A DNA stretch of 64,000 nucleotides, taken from positions 41,285,658-41,349,657 of the forward strand of contig NC_068999.1 of assembly GCF_001194135.2 (NCBI RefSeq), given 5' to 3'. The notes under the pieces were generated by a model that saw only the letters and a program-made list of their open reading frames with translations, had not been told where the DNA came from and searched no databases. The stretch's first letter is position 1. Each line of letters opens with the position of its first letter. Below are positions 14,431 through 28,022 of the stretch, piece by piece. The position numbers and the translations under genes were made by a program. The stretch comes from Octopus bimaculoides (lineage: Eukaryota).

Positions 14431-14790
14431 GGTCGAGTTTATCTTTTGGGGTTCGATAAAATAAGTACCAGTTCAGGTACGGGGATCGATGTAATCGACT
14501 TTCCCTCTGCGCCCAAAGTTGCTGGCAATGTACCGAAATGAGAAGGAGTCATTTTTTATCACGGAGATTGACAGGAAAAAAATCTGTTGATGCTGTCGCT
14601 GTCTACGCTTGAGAAACGTAGTTTTCGCACCTTTACTTTAGATTCTAATTTCAAATTCCATCAAGGTAGAGACATTAAACTTTCATCATTTTTCAGAATC
14701 GGTGAAATAAGAACCAATCAAGTATTGGCTTCGATGAAATTGATCTCATTCTTTCTCTGAGTATGTGTGGCCTTGTGCCAATGTCAGAGA
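14431..14790 (+). mobile_element. Two tandem partial family A SINE copies
   Basis: ggggttcgataaaataagtaccag...gatgtaatcgact (14447-14500) and a second copy from about 14590 to 14790, followed by (ATT)n. Confidence 0.7.
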
Positions 14791-14833
14791 CCATCATTAT
14801 TAGTATGTTAGACAAATTATAGATGGGAGAAAC

Positions 14834-14866
<33 letters not shown>

Positions 14867-15209
14867 GCAGCTTCGTTTCCTTTTGAAAGAATAACGACAA
14901 TGCTATCTACAACGTAATATTTCTAACATCATCAATCACGTATTTCAAAAGTAATTCAACAACAACAATATCAATCAACGTTTCCGCCATCTTTTTTTAT
15001 ACGATTTCTAAGTCAGACAAAATGGCGGAATTTCCATGAAAGGAAAAACTAGATTAGGGACCAAATGAATAGACCACAGAAGGAAAACTCATTTTTAACT
15101 GCGTGAATAGCGGAGCAGACACATATTTAGATAAATGACTGATGAACGGAGTAGATAAAATTTTGGAGCTAAACCAAAAAATTTTGAACATTCTGCTTTA
15201 TTCGTCATG

Positions 15210-15257
<48 letters not shown>

Positions 15258-15741
15258 NNNNNNNNNNNNNNNNNNNNNNNNNNNNNNNNNNNNNNNNNNN
15301 NNNNNNNNNNNNNNNNNNNNNNNNNNNNNNNNNNNNNNNNNNNNNNNNNNNNNNNNNNNNNNNNNNNNNNNNNNNNNNNNNNNNNNNNNNNNNNNNNNNN
15401 NNNNNNNNNNNNNNNNNNNNNNNNNNNNNNNNNNNNNNNNNNNNNNNNNNNNNNNNNNNNNNNNNNNNNNNNNNNNNNNNNNNNNNNNNNNNNNNNNNNN
15501 NNNNNNNNNNNNNNNNNNNNNNNNNNNNNNNNNNNNNNNNNNNNNNNNNNNNNNNNNNNNNNNNNNNNNNNNNNNNNNNNNNNNNNNNNNNNNNNNNNNN
15601 NNNNNNNNNNNNNNNNNNNNNNNNNNNNNNNNNNNNNNNNNNNNNNNNNNNNNNNNNNNNNNNNNNNNNNNNNNNNNNNNNNNNNNNNNNNNNNNNNNNN
15701 NNNNNNNNNNNNNNNNNNNNNNNNNNNNNNNNNNNNNNNNN

Positions 15742-16080
15742 CAGTCCCACTGCGTGGCACCTTGGCCAAGTGTCTTCTACGATAGCCTCGGGCCGACCAA
15801 AGCCTCGTGAGTAGATTTGGTAGACGGAAACTGAAAGAAGCCCGTCGTATATATGTATATATATATATGTGTGTGTTTGTGTGTCTGTGTTTGTCCTCCT
15901 AGCATTGCTTGACAACCGATGCTGGTGTGTTTATGTCCCCGTAACTTAGCGGTTCGGCAAAAAGAGACCGATAGAATAAGTACTAGGCTTACAAAGAATA
16001 AGTCCCGGGGTCGATTTGCTCGACTAAAGGCGGTGCTCCAGCATGGCCGCAGTCAAGTGACTGAAACAAGTAAAAGAGTA
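15742..16080 (+). mobile_element. tRNA-derived SINE family B copy with a CORE-like segment and an internal (TA)/(TG) microsatellite; the 5' end lies in the gap
   Basis: cagtcccactgcgtggcaccttggccaagtgtcttctacgatagcctcgggccgaccaaagcc...gtaacttagcggttcggcaaaagagaccgatagaataagtactagg...ggcggtgctccagcatggccgcagtc. Confidence 0.85.
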
Positions 16081-16309
16081 TATACGCGTATATATGTATA
16101 TGTGTGTGTGTGTACATATACACGTACACATATATTTATACACACACATAGAAACATACCTAGACACGTACATATATATCTATATACACACATAGAGAGA
16201 GACAGAGACAGAGAAAGTGTCTACGTGTATGTGTCAGGTGTGCGTATTGATCTTTTCAGTTTTATCCGACCCTAATCTTAACCCGAATATTAAGAGAGAG
16301 CCCTTGGTA

Positions 16310-16438
16310 TTAAGGTGATCGTATCGAATAAATTTGATTACCGTACAGTTGCATTGCAATGCTCCGGCCCGAAATATGACAATATTTTGCTTCGGCAAAA
16401 TTGGAAAAAGTTGGTTGCCTTAGTTTTGGGACACACTG
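16310..16438 (-). mobile_element. Possible Tc1/mariner-type element end abutting a (TA)n tract
   Basis: The minus strand begins TA|CAGTGTGTCCCAAAA, a typical Tc1/mariner TIR start with a TA target. The partner TIR is not visible; a gap follows. Confidence 0.35.
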
Positions 16439-18036
16439 TATATATATATATATATATATATATNNNNNNNNNNNNNNNNNNNNNNNNNNNNNNNNNNNNN
16501 NNNNNNNNNNNNNNNNNNNNNNNNNNNNNNNNNNNNNNNNNNNNNNNNNNNNNNNNNNNNNNNNNNNNNNNNNNNNNNNNNNNNNNNNNNNNNNNNNNNN
16601 NNNNNNNNNNNNNNNNNNNNNNNNNNNNNNNNNNNNNNNNNNNNNNNNNNNNNNNNNNNNNNNNNNNNNNNNNNNNNNNNNNNNNNNNNNNNNNNNNNNN
16701 NNNNNNNNNNNNNNNNNNNNNNNNNNNNNNNNNNNNNNNNNNNNNNNNNNNNNNNNNNNNNNNNNNNNNNNNNNNNNNNNNNNNNNNNNNNNNNNNNNNN
16801 NNNNNNNNNNNNNNNNNNNNNNNNNNNNNNNNNNNNNNNNNNNNNNNNNNNNNNNNNNNNNNNNNNNNNNNNNNNNNNNNNNNNNNNNNNNNNNNNNNNN
16901 NNNNNNNNNNNNNNNNNNNNNNNNNNNNNNNNNNNNNNNNNNNNNNNNNNNNNNNNNNNNNNNNNNNNNNNNNNNNNNNNNNNNNNNNNNNNNNNNNNNN
17001 NNNNNNNNNNNNNNNNNNNNNNNNNNNNNNNNNNNNNNNNNNNNNNNNNNNNNNNNNNNNNNNNNNNNNNNNNNNNNNNNNNNNNNNNNNNNNNNNNNNN
17101 NNNNNNNNNNNNNNNNNNNNNNNNNNNNNNNNNNNNNNNNNNNNNNNNNNNNNNNNNNNNNNNNNNNNNNNNNNNNNNNNNNNNNNNNNNNNNNNNNNNN
17201 NNNNNNNNNNNNNNNNNNNNNNNNNATATATATATACAGAGAGAGAGGTACACAGATACATATATATATATATGCATGTGTTTTCATTATATGTAGACAT
17301 TAATATATATATATATATGTGTGTGTGTGTATTCATATATAATATACACTTATACGTATATACTGTACCTTAGAGACACACAAACTGACTGACAAAAAGA
17401 CATAGAGAATGTAAGTCGCTACTAGGAAATCCTCTCTTATTTCGATTTCAAATATGGACTTTGTTACACGTTCGTTCCTATCAAACAAACAATTATTGAG
17501 GCATTCTATGAAGCAGATATCCTCCACTCTGTGCAGACATCATAAACTTCTTAATAGCAATATCAGTGCTTAACAAATTGCTTTGGCATTTTACGCAGCG
17601 CTCTCCTATCAAATGTGTTTTATCACAGTTTATCTTTTCCTTGAAAAGTTTACCTGTACTTCTAAAATAGTGCATTAATAGTTATTGCTTGCTTTGTTTC
17701 CTATTATTCATTGATTTTATATATATNNNNNNNNNNNNNNNNNNNNNNNNNNNNNNNNNNNNNNNNNNNNNNNNNNNNNNNNNNNNNNNNNNNNNNNNNN
17801 NNNNNNNNNNNNNNNNNNNNNNNNNNNNNNNNNNNNNNNNNNNNNNNNNNNNNNNNNNNNNNNNNNNNNNNNNNNNNNNNNNNNNNNNNNNNNNNNNNNN
17901 NNNNNNNNNNNNNNNNNNNNNNNNNNNNNNNNNNNNNNNNNNNNNNNNNNNNNNNNNNNNNNNNNNNNNNNNNNNNNNNNNNNNNNNNNNNNNNNNNNNN
18001 NNNNNNNNNNNNNNNNNNNNNNNNNNNNNNNNNNNN

Positions 18037-18071
<35 letters not shown>

Positions 18072-18131
18072 GATAGATAGATATTTTTGTGTGTATGTAT
18101 ATAATACCTATTTGTATTAATTTTTTGGCAG

Positions 18132-18226
18132 ATGCTGATAGCATTCCATATGAAATTCAACCCTATAACGGTACAGTTTACATAAAGAAACACCTGGAAG
18201 TCGGATCTACTACTTATGTGGTCAGG
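18132..18226 (+). CDS. Internal exon of the same cadherin gene: (D)ADSIPYEIQPYNGTVYIKKHLEVGSTTYVVR
   Basis: Acceptor attaattttttggcag ends at 18131 and donor gtaaga starts at 18227. The 95-nt exon runs phase 1 to phase 0, matching both neighbouring exons. PYEIQPYNGTVYI fits the cadherin 'F-x-I-x-P-x-T-G-x-I' pattern. Confidence 0.88.
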
Positions 18227-19044
18227 GTAAGAGAAAATTATCATTAACTATCTTGTTATTTTTGTATTCGATTTAAGTTTTTTGTTATCTACGATATTTT
18301 AGTTTTTTTTAAAGCGTTTTCAGAATCTTTTCTGAATCATTTGCATTGTTCGTGAAGTTTGGACTGAAAATCCCCTGCCAACGTCAGAGAAGAGACAATG
18401 CCAATCATAATCAAGTGCAGCTGCAAGTTAACTTCTGCACTATAAATGGGCAGCGTAGGAACTGAAAATGACTGACGCTCTGGGACAGAAAAATTGAAGA
18501 TTGTCTTGTGCAGCACCAGTCAGAACGTATTCAAAATGGTGACAAATAAGAGAGAGCGGGGGGGGNNNNNNNNNNGGGGGGGGGGTAGCGATTAGTGACA
18601 TAAGCTTAACAAGAGGTAAAGTGAGGCTAATCAGATCCGAGGGGATTTTTTTTTTTTACGTTAGTAATTATTATTAATATTGTCTATGTGTTTATACGAC
18701 AAAATGAATATAGAATGACATTATTATTAGTTACAACTGTTTCTGTTACTGCTCCGTTTTTAACCACATTATACGTAAATAATTCCATGTGATAAGTTAC
18801 TCAATATGCATAGTTGAATATATCGAGTGGTAGACACTTTATCACATTATAGCATTTAATCGATTCTTTTTGCATTGAACCGATTTTGTATTATATGCTG
18901 CTCTCCGAAACACCCTCTGCTTTTGCCGGTGGGAATCCTGGAGTTTCTGCACCAGCGGACTTGGAATAATTAGTGTAGATAACCAAAAATCTATGCGAAG
19001 TACTGCATTGAGAATGCACTGACATTCTACACTATCGGAACGTA

Positions 19045-19410
19045 CCCCAATCACATGGTTCCAGGTTCATTGCCACTGCGTTGCACCTTGAGCAAGTGGT
19101 TTCTACTATAACTTTCAGTCAACCAAAGCCTTCAGTGGATTTCGTAAACGGAAACTGAAAGAAGCTCGTCGGATATCTATGTTTGTGTGTGTGTGTGTGT
19201 GTGTGTGATTATCCTCCACTACCGATTGATAACCGGTGTTGGTTTGCTTACGTACCTGTAACTTAGCGGTCTGACATAAAAGACCGATAGAATAAGTACC
19301 AGGCTTTGAAAGTAACAGCACCGGGGTCGATTCATTCGACAAAAAATTCTTCAAGGCGGTGCCCCATCACGCCCACGATCACATGACTGGTAGAAATGAA
19401 AGATAAAAGA
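19045..19410 (+). mobile_element. Family B SINE copy
   Basis: cacatggttccaggttca...gcaccttgagcaagtg...cggaaactgaaagaagc...gtaacttagcggt...gaccgatagaataagtacc. Confidence 0.8.
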
Positions 19411-19511
19411 TATATATAAGATCNNNNNNNNNNNNNNNNNNNNNNNNNNNNNNNNNNNNNNNNNNNNNNNNNNNNNNNNNNNNNNNNNNNNNNNNNNNNN
19501 NNNNNNNNNNN

Positions 19512-19545
<34 letters not shown>

Positions 19546-20348
19546 CAGGGTGTGATCAAGTATTTGAATTGATTGCTGCAAACGGTGTACATGTTGGCAA
19601 AGTACAGCAAACACCGAAATTATTGTTATTCCATCCTTTTGCTTGTTTGTTCTCTGTTTTTTGTTATTGTCTTTGTTGTAAGTCAATTTAGAGTCTAAAA
19701 GCCAACTGGCTATTAACGGGCGTACAAATTACATAGGAAGGCAAACCACCTACTTATTAGCCATAACCAGATAAACGTAGACATAGAAACACAAAGTGCG
19801 GTGATGGGCGTGGTGTTCAGCCTGTCGTTCTTTGGTGGTGGTGCCAATGAGAGCGGTGGAGCTTACAGAAAGTTCTGAGTACTGGTTGCTTCGCTGTGAT
19901 ACGGTAGTGGGCAGATAATTGTGATGAAGAGAGAAGAAAAAATATATTACCGCTCTTAACCGCAATAATAAAACACGTTTTAGATTTACTTTATAGCTCA
20001 AGTATAATTACTTCGCTATTTTCGGAGGTCTTCTACAGTCAGCAGCGTTTGTTGTCAATACGGCTGACATGCTATAAAACATCTTGCGTTATCCTCATTT
20101 CTTTACCTCTTTTTTTTTCTTTTTGTTTGTTTTTATTTCTTCGCAGTTTTAGTGCTAGGGTTAGGGTTAGTGCTAGGGCCAGGGTTAAAGTTAAGTTTTT
20201 GTGGCTCACTGTAAAGTGATGCTCACAGCGAAGCTACGAACTTTGTAATACGCCTTTCTCTTTATTTCCATCTATATTTAATGAACGCCATTTCCCTTGT
20301 ATGCATGTTATATGATCTATATGTATGTATGTGATATGTATATATATG

Positions 20349-20387
<39 letters not shown>

Positions 20388-20640
20388 CTGTGTGTCTGTC
20401 TATCTGTTTATGTACGTACAGGTATAGAAATACACATACACACACATATATACCATTTATATATATATATACCTTTATATATGTGTGTATGTGTATACTA
20501 ATTCACATATATCGACATGTATTTATATATATATATATATATAATACATGTCGATGTATGTGTGTGTGTGTATATATATATATAATACATGTCAATGTGT
20601 GTGTGTGTATATATATATATATATGTGTGTTTGTATATAT

Positions 20641-20690
<50 letters not shown>

Positions 20691-20694
20691 ATAT

Positions 20695-20740
<46 letters not shown>

Positions 20741-20746
20741 ATATAT

Positions 20747-20780
<34 letters not shown>

Positions 20781-20783
20781 ATT

Positions 20784-20848
<65 letters not shown>

Positions 20849-20851
20849 ACG

Positions 20852-20912
<61 letters not shown>

Positions 20913-21349
20913 GATTTTGAATTTGTTCTATTTTCTTTGATTTGTTTTGTGTAGCTTTTTATGTATTTTTTTAATGATACCCTTGATATAGTCGTTGTTA
21001 TTGTTAATGGTGTTATCTGTTTTCTGTTGGTTTGTTGTATTTGGCGGTGAGTTGAAGGTGGCTGAGAAAGGGTAATTGTATTCTGTCTAGGACATCGATA
21101 AAATTCCAGAATAGAAAATCGAAATTTCGGTTCGCTATGTAAGGCGCCGGACTGTGATGAAAGGTGATAGACGAGTGTTCTTTACTGCCCTCTCACTCTT
21201 TCTACCTCTCTCTATCTCTTACTCACACATTCTCACTCTCCCTCTCTCTATCTATCTCTCAATATTCTGGCCATAAGGTGTTTCATAGTTTAGTCACTCT
21301 TCCTCAATTTAGGTAGACATTAACGACTCTGATTCATTTTTATCTCTTG

Positions 21350-21416
<67 letters not shown>

Positions 21417-21507
21417 ATATAAGTGAATATGTATATATATATATGTATATATAAGTATATATGTCTTTATATATATATGTATGTGTATATATATATATAT
21501 ATGTATG

Positions 21508-21539
<32 letters not shown>

Positions 21540-21763
21540 CATGTATATATATATGTATATATGCGTATATATGTATATGTGTATATATGTATATATAGAT
21601 ATGTATATATATATATGTATATATGTATAGATATATAAATGTATATGTATATATATATATATGTGTGTGTGTATATGTATGTATATATATATATGTATAT
21701 ATATGTATGTGTAGATATGTATAAATATGTACATATACATGTGTATATATAGGTATGTATATA

Positions 21764-21803
<40 letters not shown>

Positions 21804-22185
21804 AGTGTGTGTGTGTGTGTGTCTGGTAAAAGTCGGTAGTGCGTGCCATAGTGTTGATCTCTATTTTATCCGACTCTAATCTTAACCCGAACATTAATAG
21901 AGAGCCCTCCCAACCATTTACGAGAGATTGCTGTCGTTGTTTCTGCTGCTGCTACTCTCGTTTAGTTGTAGTTTAACCGCAGGTCATTTGCGATTGAGTG
22001 ATGTGGGGACTCGACCCGTAGCGATTAGATGTCGTTCAAGTCGAAGAGCCCTCTACCCCCACCCTTTAAAATTAAAAACTTCTGCAGTCGATGTAAAGCG
22101 ACTGGGAAGAGATAAAACCTGAAATCTATTTCAATGTGAAACGAACCAAAAACATAATGCAACGTTGGTAGACAATAGCATCAAC

Positions 22186-22385
22186 TTTTGGCACAAGGCC
22201 GGCAATTTGAGGGGGGGGGTCCTGGAAGTCGATTACATCGATTTCATTGCTCAACTGGGACTTATTTTATCGACCTAAAAAGGATTAAAATCAAAGTCGA
22301 CCTCGGTAACGTTTGAACTCAGAGCGTAAAGAGCCATTATGCATTTTTGTTCGATGCACTAACGATTCTGCTAGCTCACTGCCTT
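22186..22385 (-). mobile_element. Family A SINE copy
   Basis: ttttggcacaaggcc...gtcgattacatcg...tttgaactcagagcgtaaag...aacgattctgctagctcactgcctt. Confidence 0.8.
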
Positions 22386-22584
22386 ACAATTGATAATATA
22401 AAGAAGTCTGTCGTTCGATTTGCCTTGATTGCCACTCTACCTTAAATATGATATCATATAAACCAACAAGGGTACGTCTATCATGAGTTCCAGCGCTTCT
22501 TGTGGTGTGGTGCATACCTGATTGACCCTGGAAGGTATACCAGCGGATCTCAAGTGTTTCACAGGTCATAGAACAAAAGGCAGA

Positions 22585-22865
22585 CTAATATTGACCATTT
22601 CTTCCTGAAGTTAAAAATGCGTTTGCGTAGAGCCAACACCCTTATCTAGACAATTCAAAACCAAATTAAAAGACCTGAGACAGGACGGTCTTTATTCAGG
22701 GAAACATGAAACGTTGCAGCGAAATCTAAAAAGGAAGATACAAGGAAAATCAAAAGATCCAACTGGAGAGAAGCAGAAAAAACAGCCGAGTCGAGAACAT
22801 TGGAGAATGATTATCAACGACTTATGTTCCAAAGGGAATGAAGGGCTTCAGAAGAAGAATGAAGA
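22585..22865 (+). mobile_element. 3' end of an RTE-clade LINE, decayed
   Basis: KRPETGRSLFRET*...NWREAEKTAESRT, then a frameshift, then WRMIINDLCSKGNEG. This matches the RTE ORF C-terminal pattern GRP..TW...W......A.DR..WR..V.ALC. A (GAA)-type short-repeat tail follows. Confidence 0.6.
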
Positions 22866-23589
22866 GCATGAATGCATTATTGTGGAATGTTAGCACCAAG
22901 GACTTCGGGTCGACGCAGGATTTTTGAGGGAAATTAGGGACACTGAAAATATTTGGAAGTTGGATGGATTGCGCTTGTAATTCAAAAATGCCCGGCATGG
23001 TAACACACTGTGTCATTGTATATCCCCGAAAATTACGTTAAGAATACGCGTGTCAATGGAATAATCAACCAATTTTCATGTTAATTCAAAGACTGGGTCA
23101 TTCAAGTGACCAGACAACTGTACACTCATCGTCAAAATCGGCGAAGGATCCAAACTAAGACTAGCCAATTGGCGCCAACGTTGTTGGTCACCCGAGTGTC
23201 ATAATGTGGTTTGGACTTCGCATTGGCTAAAACTAATAGAATAATCATAAGGTTAATACCTTACATCTCAGGTCTGTTAAAAGGAAACTGACCTGGGATT
23301 AAAGACCAATAATAGAGAAGCCCACTAAGCATTCCACATACCTGCTGCAAATAGTGACCAAATATTTCTGTAATCACAGACCGCTGTCTTAAAAGTGCAA
23401 GGAGAGACATGTAATAATAGATATGAAGTCAAAATCAACAGGGTGGGTGTGGCTGGGAAGCCTTTGATCATACGACTCCATAATATGGACTGACTTGGGG
23501 CTAAACAGTAACATCATGAAAAATAGCTTTTAACTTTCCGAATTATATTTTTTCACACTCATATTATTTTTTTCTGTCTCCTCCATTTT

Positions 23590-23947
23590 ACTTCTGTGAC
23601 TTGTTTTGTCCCTCTCTCTCTCTCTCTCTCTCTCTCTCCCATTCCCTCCATTCCTACCCCTCTCTCCCTCCCTCTCTATCTCCCTCCCTCTCACATCTCA
23701 TCTCATTTTCTCTTGTTCGCTCTCTCTCTCTCTCTATCTTCACCATATTATTCCTCTTCTTTCCCTTTCTCTTTCTCTCTCTCTCTCTCTCTCTGTCTTC
23801 TCTCAATCTCTTTATCCCTCTCTGCATTTTCCTCACTCTTTCTAGCACCATTTTCCACTCTCCTCCAACTATCACTCACACTTTCCGTTTCCTATCACTC
23901 CGGTCTTTACCTTCTATCTTTCTTTTCATTTCTTCTTATCTCTCTCT

Positions 23948-23999
<52 letters not shown>
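23590..23999. repeat. Polypyrimidine (CT)n-rich tract running into a gap
   Basis: About 400 bp almost entirely C/T on the + strand. Confidence 0.9.
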
Positions 24000-25067
24000 N
24001 NNNNNNNNNNNNNNNNNNNNNNNNNNNNNNNNNNNNNNNNNNNNNNNNNNNNNNNNNNNNNNNNNNNNNNNNNNNNNNNNNNNNNNNNNNNNNNNNNNNN
24101 NNNNNNNNNNNNNNNNNNNNNNNNNNNNNNNNNNNNNNNNNNNNNNNNNNNNNNNNNNNNNNNNNNNNNNNNNNNNNNNNNNNNNNNNNNNNNNNNNNNN
24201 NNNNNNNNNNNNNNNNNNNNNNNNNNNNNNNNNNNNNNNNNNNNNNNNNNNNNNNNNNNNNNNNNNNNNNNNNNNNNNNNNNNNNNNNNNNNNNNNNNNN
24301 NNNNNNNNNNNNNNNNNNNNNNNNNNNNNNNNNNNNNNNNNNNNNNNNNNNNNNNNNNNNNNNNNNNNNNNNNNNNNNNNNNNNNNNNNNNNNNNNNNNN
24401 NNNNNNNNNNNNNNNNNNNNNNNNNNNNNNNNNNNNNNNNNNNNNNNNNNNNNNNNNNNNNNNNNNNNNNNNNNNNNNNNNNNNNNNNNNNNNNNNNNNN
24501 NNNNNNNNNNNNNNNNNNNNNNNNNNNNNNNNNNNNNNNNNNNNNNNNNNNNNNNNNNNNNNNNNNNNNNNNNNNNNNNNNNNNNNNNNNNNNNNNNNNN
24601 NNNNNNNNNNNNNNNNNNNNNNNNNNNNNNNNNNNNNNNNNNNNNNNNNNNNNNNNNNNNNNNNNNNNNNNNNNNNNNNNNNNNNNNNNNNNNNNNNNNN
24701 NNNNNNNNNNNNNNNNNNNNNNNNNNNNNNNNNNNNNNNNNNNNNNNNNNNNNNNNNNNNNNNNNNNNNNNNNNNNNNGAGGAAGGAGAACGGGCATCAT
24801 AACGGACAGAGGTTTCCAGTAGTTTTAATGGTTTCAGGTTTATCACTGCTATTATGCTATTATCTTGCAGTAGGCTGACTTCCCGATTTGTTGATAGAAC
24901 TTTAAGACTAGCAGCAGAGTATGACCCAGAGATTCGAGTCCGGTTTCGGAGCATCTGAAAACGTCTAATCTCTCAATAAGCAAGTCTTATTATCTGATTT
25001 ATATGCATATGTGTATATCAATACAGATATACGATATATCTCACTATTTCCTCTCTCTCTTTATATA

Positions 25068-25117
<50 letters not shown>

Positions 25118-25132
25118 TATATATACATATAC

Positions 25133-25179
<47 letters not shown>

Positions 25180-25276
25180 CATATATATCTATATACATAT
25201 ATACATATACACATATATATACATATACATATATATATATACATATATATATATACATTTATATATATACATTTGC

Positions 25277-25310
<34 letters not shown>

Positions 25311-25395
25311 GTACACATATATATGTACATTTATATATTTATGTATATGCATTTATATATGTATATGTACATTTATATATATGTATATGTACATT

Positions 25396-25437
<42 letters not shown>

Positions 25438-25835
25438 NNNNNNNNNNTATATATACACACATCAAATGAACAAGAGCAGCAGAAACGACCGACAACATCA
25501 TATATTCTAATATAAAGATTAACCTATTTGACATATTTCTACGTCAAGTTTGTATTAACCTTGGTGGAAATTGAACCTCTACTAGAGAGAGTTACTTTAT
25601 TCCTTCTAACAAATCCAATAAATGTATTTCGATTTTTGTTTTGTAACTTTCTTTACGTTTGTGCTCAGAAACTCGCTAGCAGACAATTATTTCAAGTAAG
25701 ACGCCATTTTCCATAGATGCATACATACACACACAGACACACACACAAAGTTCGACAAGTTTTACACTTTGTTTAAGCATGACAATTACATCGAGAACAT
25801 ACGTATATACTCAAAGATATACACTTGCTTGTATG

Positions 25836-25909
<74 letters not shown>

Positions 25910-26037
25910 CATATATAAAGAGAGAAAGAGACACAGAGAGAGAAAGAGATACAGAGAGAGAAAGAGACAGAGAGAGAGAAACGTATATATGTATACCAGG
26001 TATGTATATATACGTTTCTCTCTTTCTCTCTCTCTCT

Positions 26038-26068
<31 letters not shown>

Positions 26069-27068
26069 ATGAGGGAGAGAAACGTATATATGTGTACATA
26101 CATGTCTATATATATACAGATGCACAAGTGTATATATGTATGTGCCCGTGTGTGTACGCACGTATGTTTGTACACTCACACACACATATATATATATATG
26201 TATGTATATATACATATACGTGTACATCTACAGAGAAAGATTACATTTAAAACAAAATTGAAAAAATACAAAAAATTAATTTTAATCAAATTTTATTGGT
26301 TGCCAATAATAGCCTGTAGTAAATTTATTTTTTAAAAAATACATAAAAACTAACAGGATGGTAGATAGAATAGTTAAACAAAAAACACACATCTCTTACT
26401 ACAAAATCACCCTCTTGCTCATGCGCGCATTCACATACACACTCGAACACACTCACTCACTAGCACCCCATGAAAAAAAAAACGTGATACACAGACTAAA
26501 GATGGCGGATGGTAGAGAGAACATACGACTTAAAGAAGAGAAAAAGCTACTTCTTCACACAAATTCAAATTAGTTATAATATTAAAATTTGTACGAGAGA
26601 AAGAAAAAACGAAATCGTAACGAAAAAAGATAAAGAACAATGTGTGTGTGTGTGTGTGTGTGTGCGTGTGTGTGTGTGTGTGTGTAAGCAAATGAGTTCT
26701 TTTACGACAAGTAACGAAAATTAACGGATACAAACGTAAATCAACGGAAATTAGTGTTATATGTGAAAAAAGACAGAGGAATGTTAAGAATTGAACAGAA
26801 AATTTTTTCGAATAGTTAAATTTCAAAATATTGATTATTTTAGGTTTAGGCACACCATAGTAGATAAGGCAATGGGATCAGGGAGTTGATATGATGTTGG
26901 TTAAAGCATTCTGGCATGAGACTATTTTATTTTTTCAGCACCCGGAAGAATAAAAATATTAATGTTGAACACGGAGGGATTTGAACTCAAAACATCATAT
27001 AGGCGTAACTAATTAGATGTTTCTCCTACTGTTTCTACTATCCACTGTTTTAATAATTCTTTCTTCTA

Positions 27069-27262
27069 TTGGCAATTTTGGTAAAAGGGGTAAGTCGATT
27101 CCATCGATCTCACTGCTCAAATGGTGCTTATTCCCCCCCCCCCTGAAATGATGAAAGGTAAATTCGATCTCAGTGGTATTTCAACTCAGAACGTAAAGTC
27201 GGACGAAAATGCTGTTAAGCATTTTGTCCGGCACAGTAACAATTGTTTCGACCCACCACCTT
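27069..27262 (-). mobile_element. Family A SINE copy, with a further fragment at about 26900-27010
   Basis: ggggtaagtcgatt...tcaactcagaacgtaaag...gcattttgtccggcac. Confidence 0.7.
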
Positions 27263-27547
27263 GTCCACCATTTTTAAGAAAGCTTACAATAAACCGTAAC
27301 ACCTTGCTTGAGCAACTTAATCACCATTGCTTTAGAATTATATTAAAAACGCTTAATTATTTTAGGACTACTGCATACGAAAGACAAAATATGTCGTAAT
27401 ATATCCAATCAGGTTTTAAAATTCCACATTCAAATTCAAAGGCAGCTGGTTCTAATCAGGGTTGAAGCAATTAGGTGTTTAGCTCATGAGGAACGAAATT
27501 GGTTACGTTAATGGAATCTTAATGTTCACAAAATATCTTTCACTTAA

Positions 27548-28022
27548 TTCAATCATTAGACTGAGGCCATACTGGGGCACCTCCTTGCAGAATTCGCACT
27601 CGGATGAATCAAGTCTAATACTTATTTTTTAAAGCCTAGTAAGTTTTCTATCGGAGATCCTTCGCCGAAACGCTTGGTTAAAGGGGACGTAAACACACCG
27701 ACACTGGTTGTTAAGCGTTGGTGAGGGACAAATACAGACACATACCCTCTACCTTCTCCCCTAAATACATACATCTCCCAAGTAAATTACACTGAGAATA
27801 AGACTATCGAACACCAAACTCGTCAGTTCGCTTCAAAACCCCGTAGCGGTAACACCTTGAATGAAGTTGCATGGATACGTATACCTTGGATAGACTTACA
27901 ATGCCTTGGTCGGCCCGAGGCTAATAGTAGAAGACACTAGCCCAAGGTGCCACTCAGTGGGACTGAATCCGGGACCATGTAGTTGTTAAGCAATCTACTT
28001 ACCACACAGCCACTCATGCACC
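27548..28022 (-). mobile_element. Family B SINE copy with about 150 bp of unrelated sequence in its core
   Basis: The 3' half (27550-27745) and 5' half (27900-28022: ccttggtcggcccgaggctaatagtagaagacactagcccaaggtgcc) flank non-family sequence. Confidence 0.7.

Noticed and set aside
17380-17680. Minus-strand ORFs with a vague transposase resemblance (KKFMMSAQSGGYLLH)
   Set aside because: Only one short, ambiguous motif; no family can be assigned without a search.
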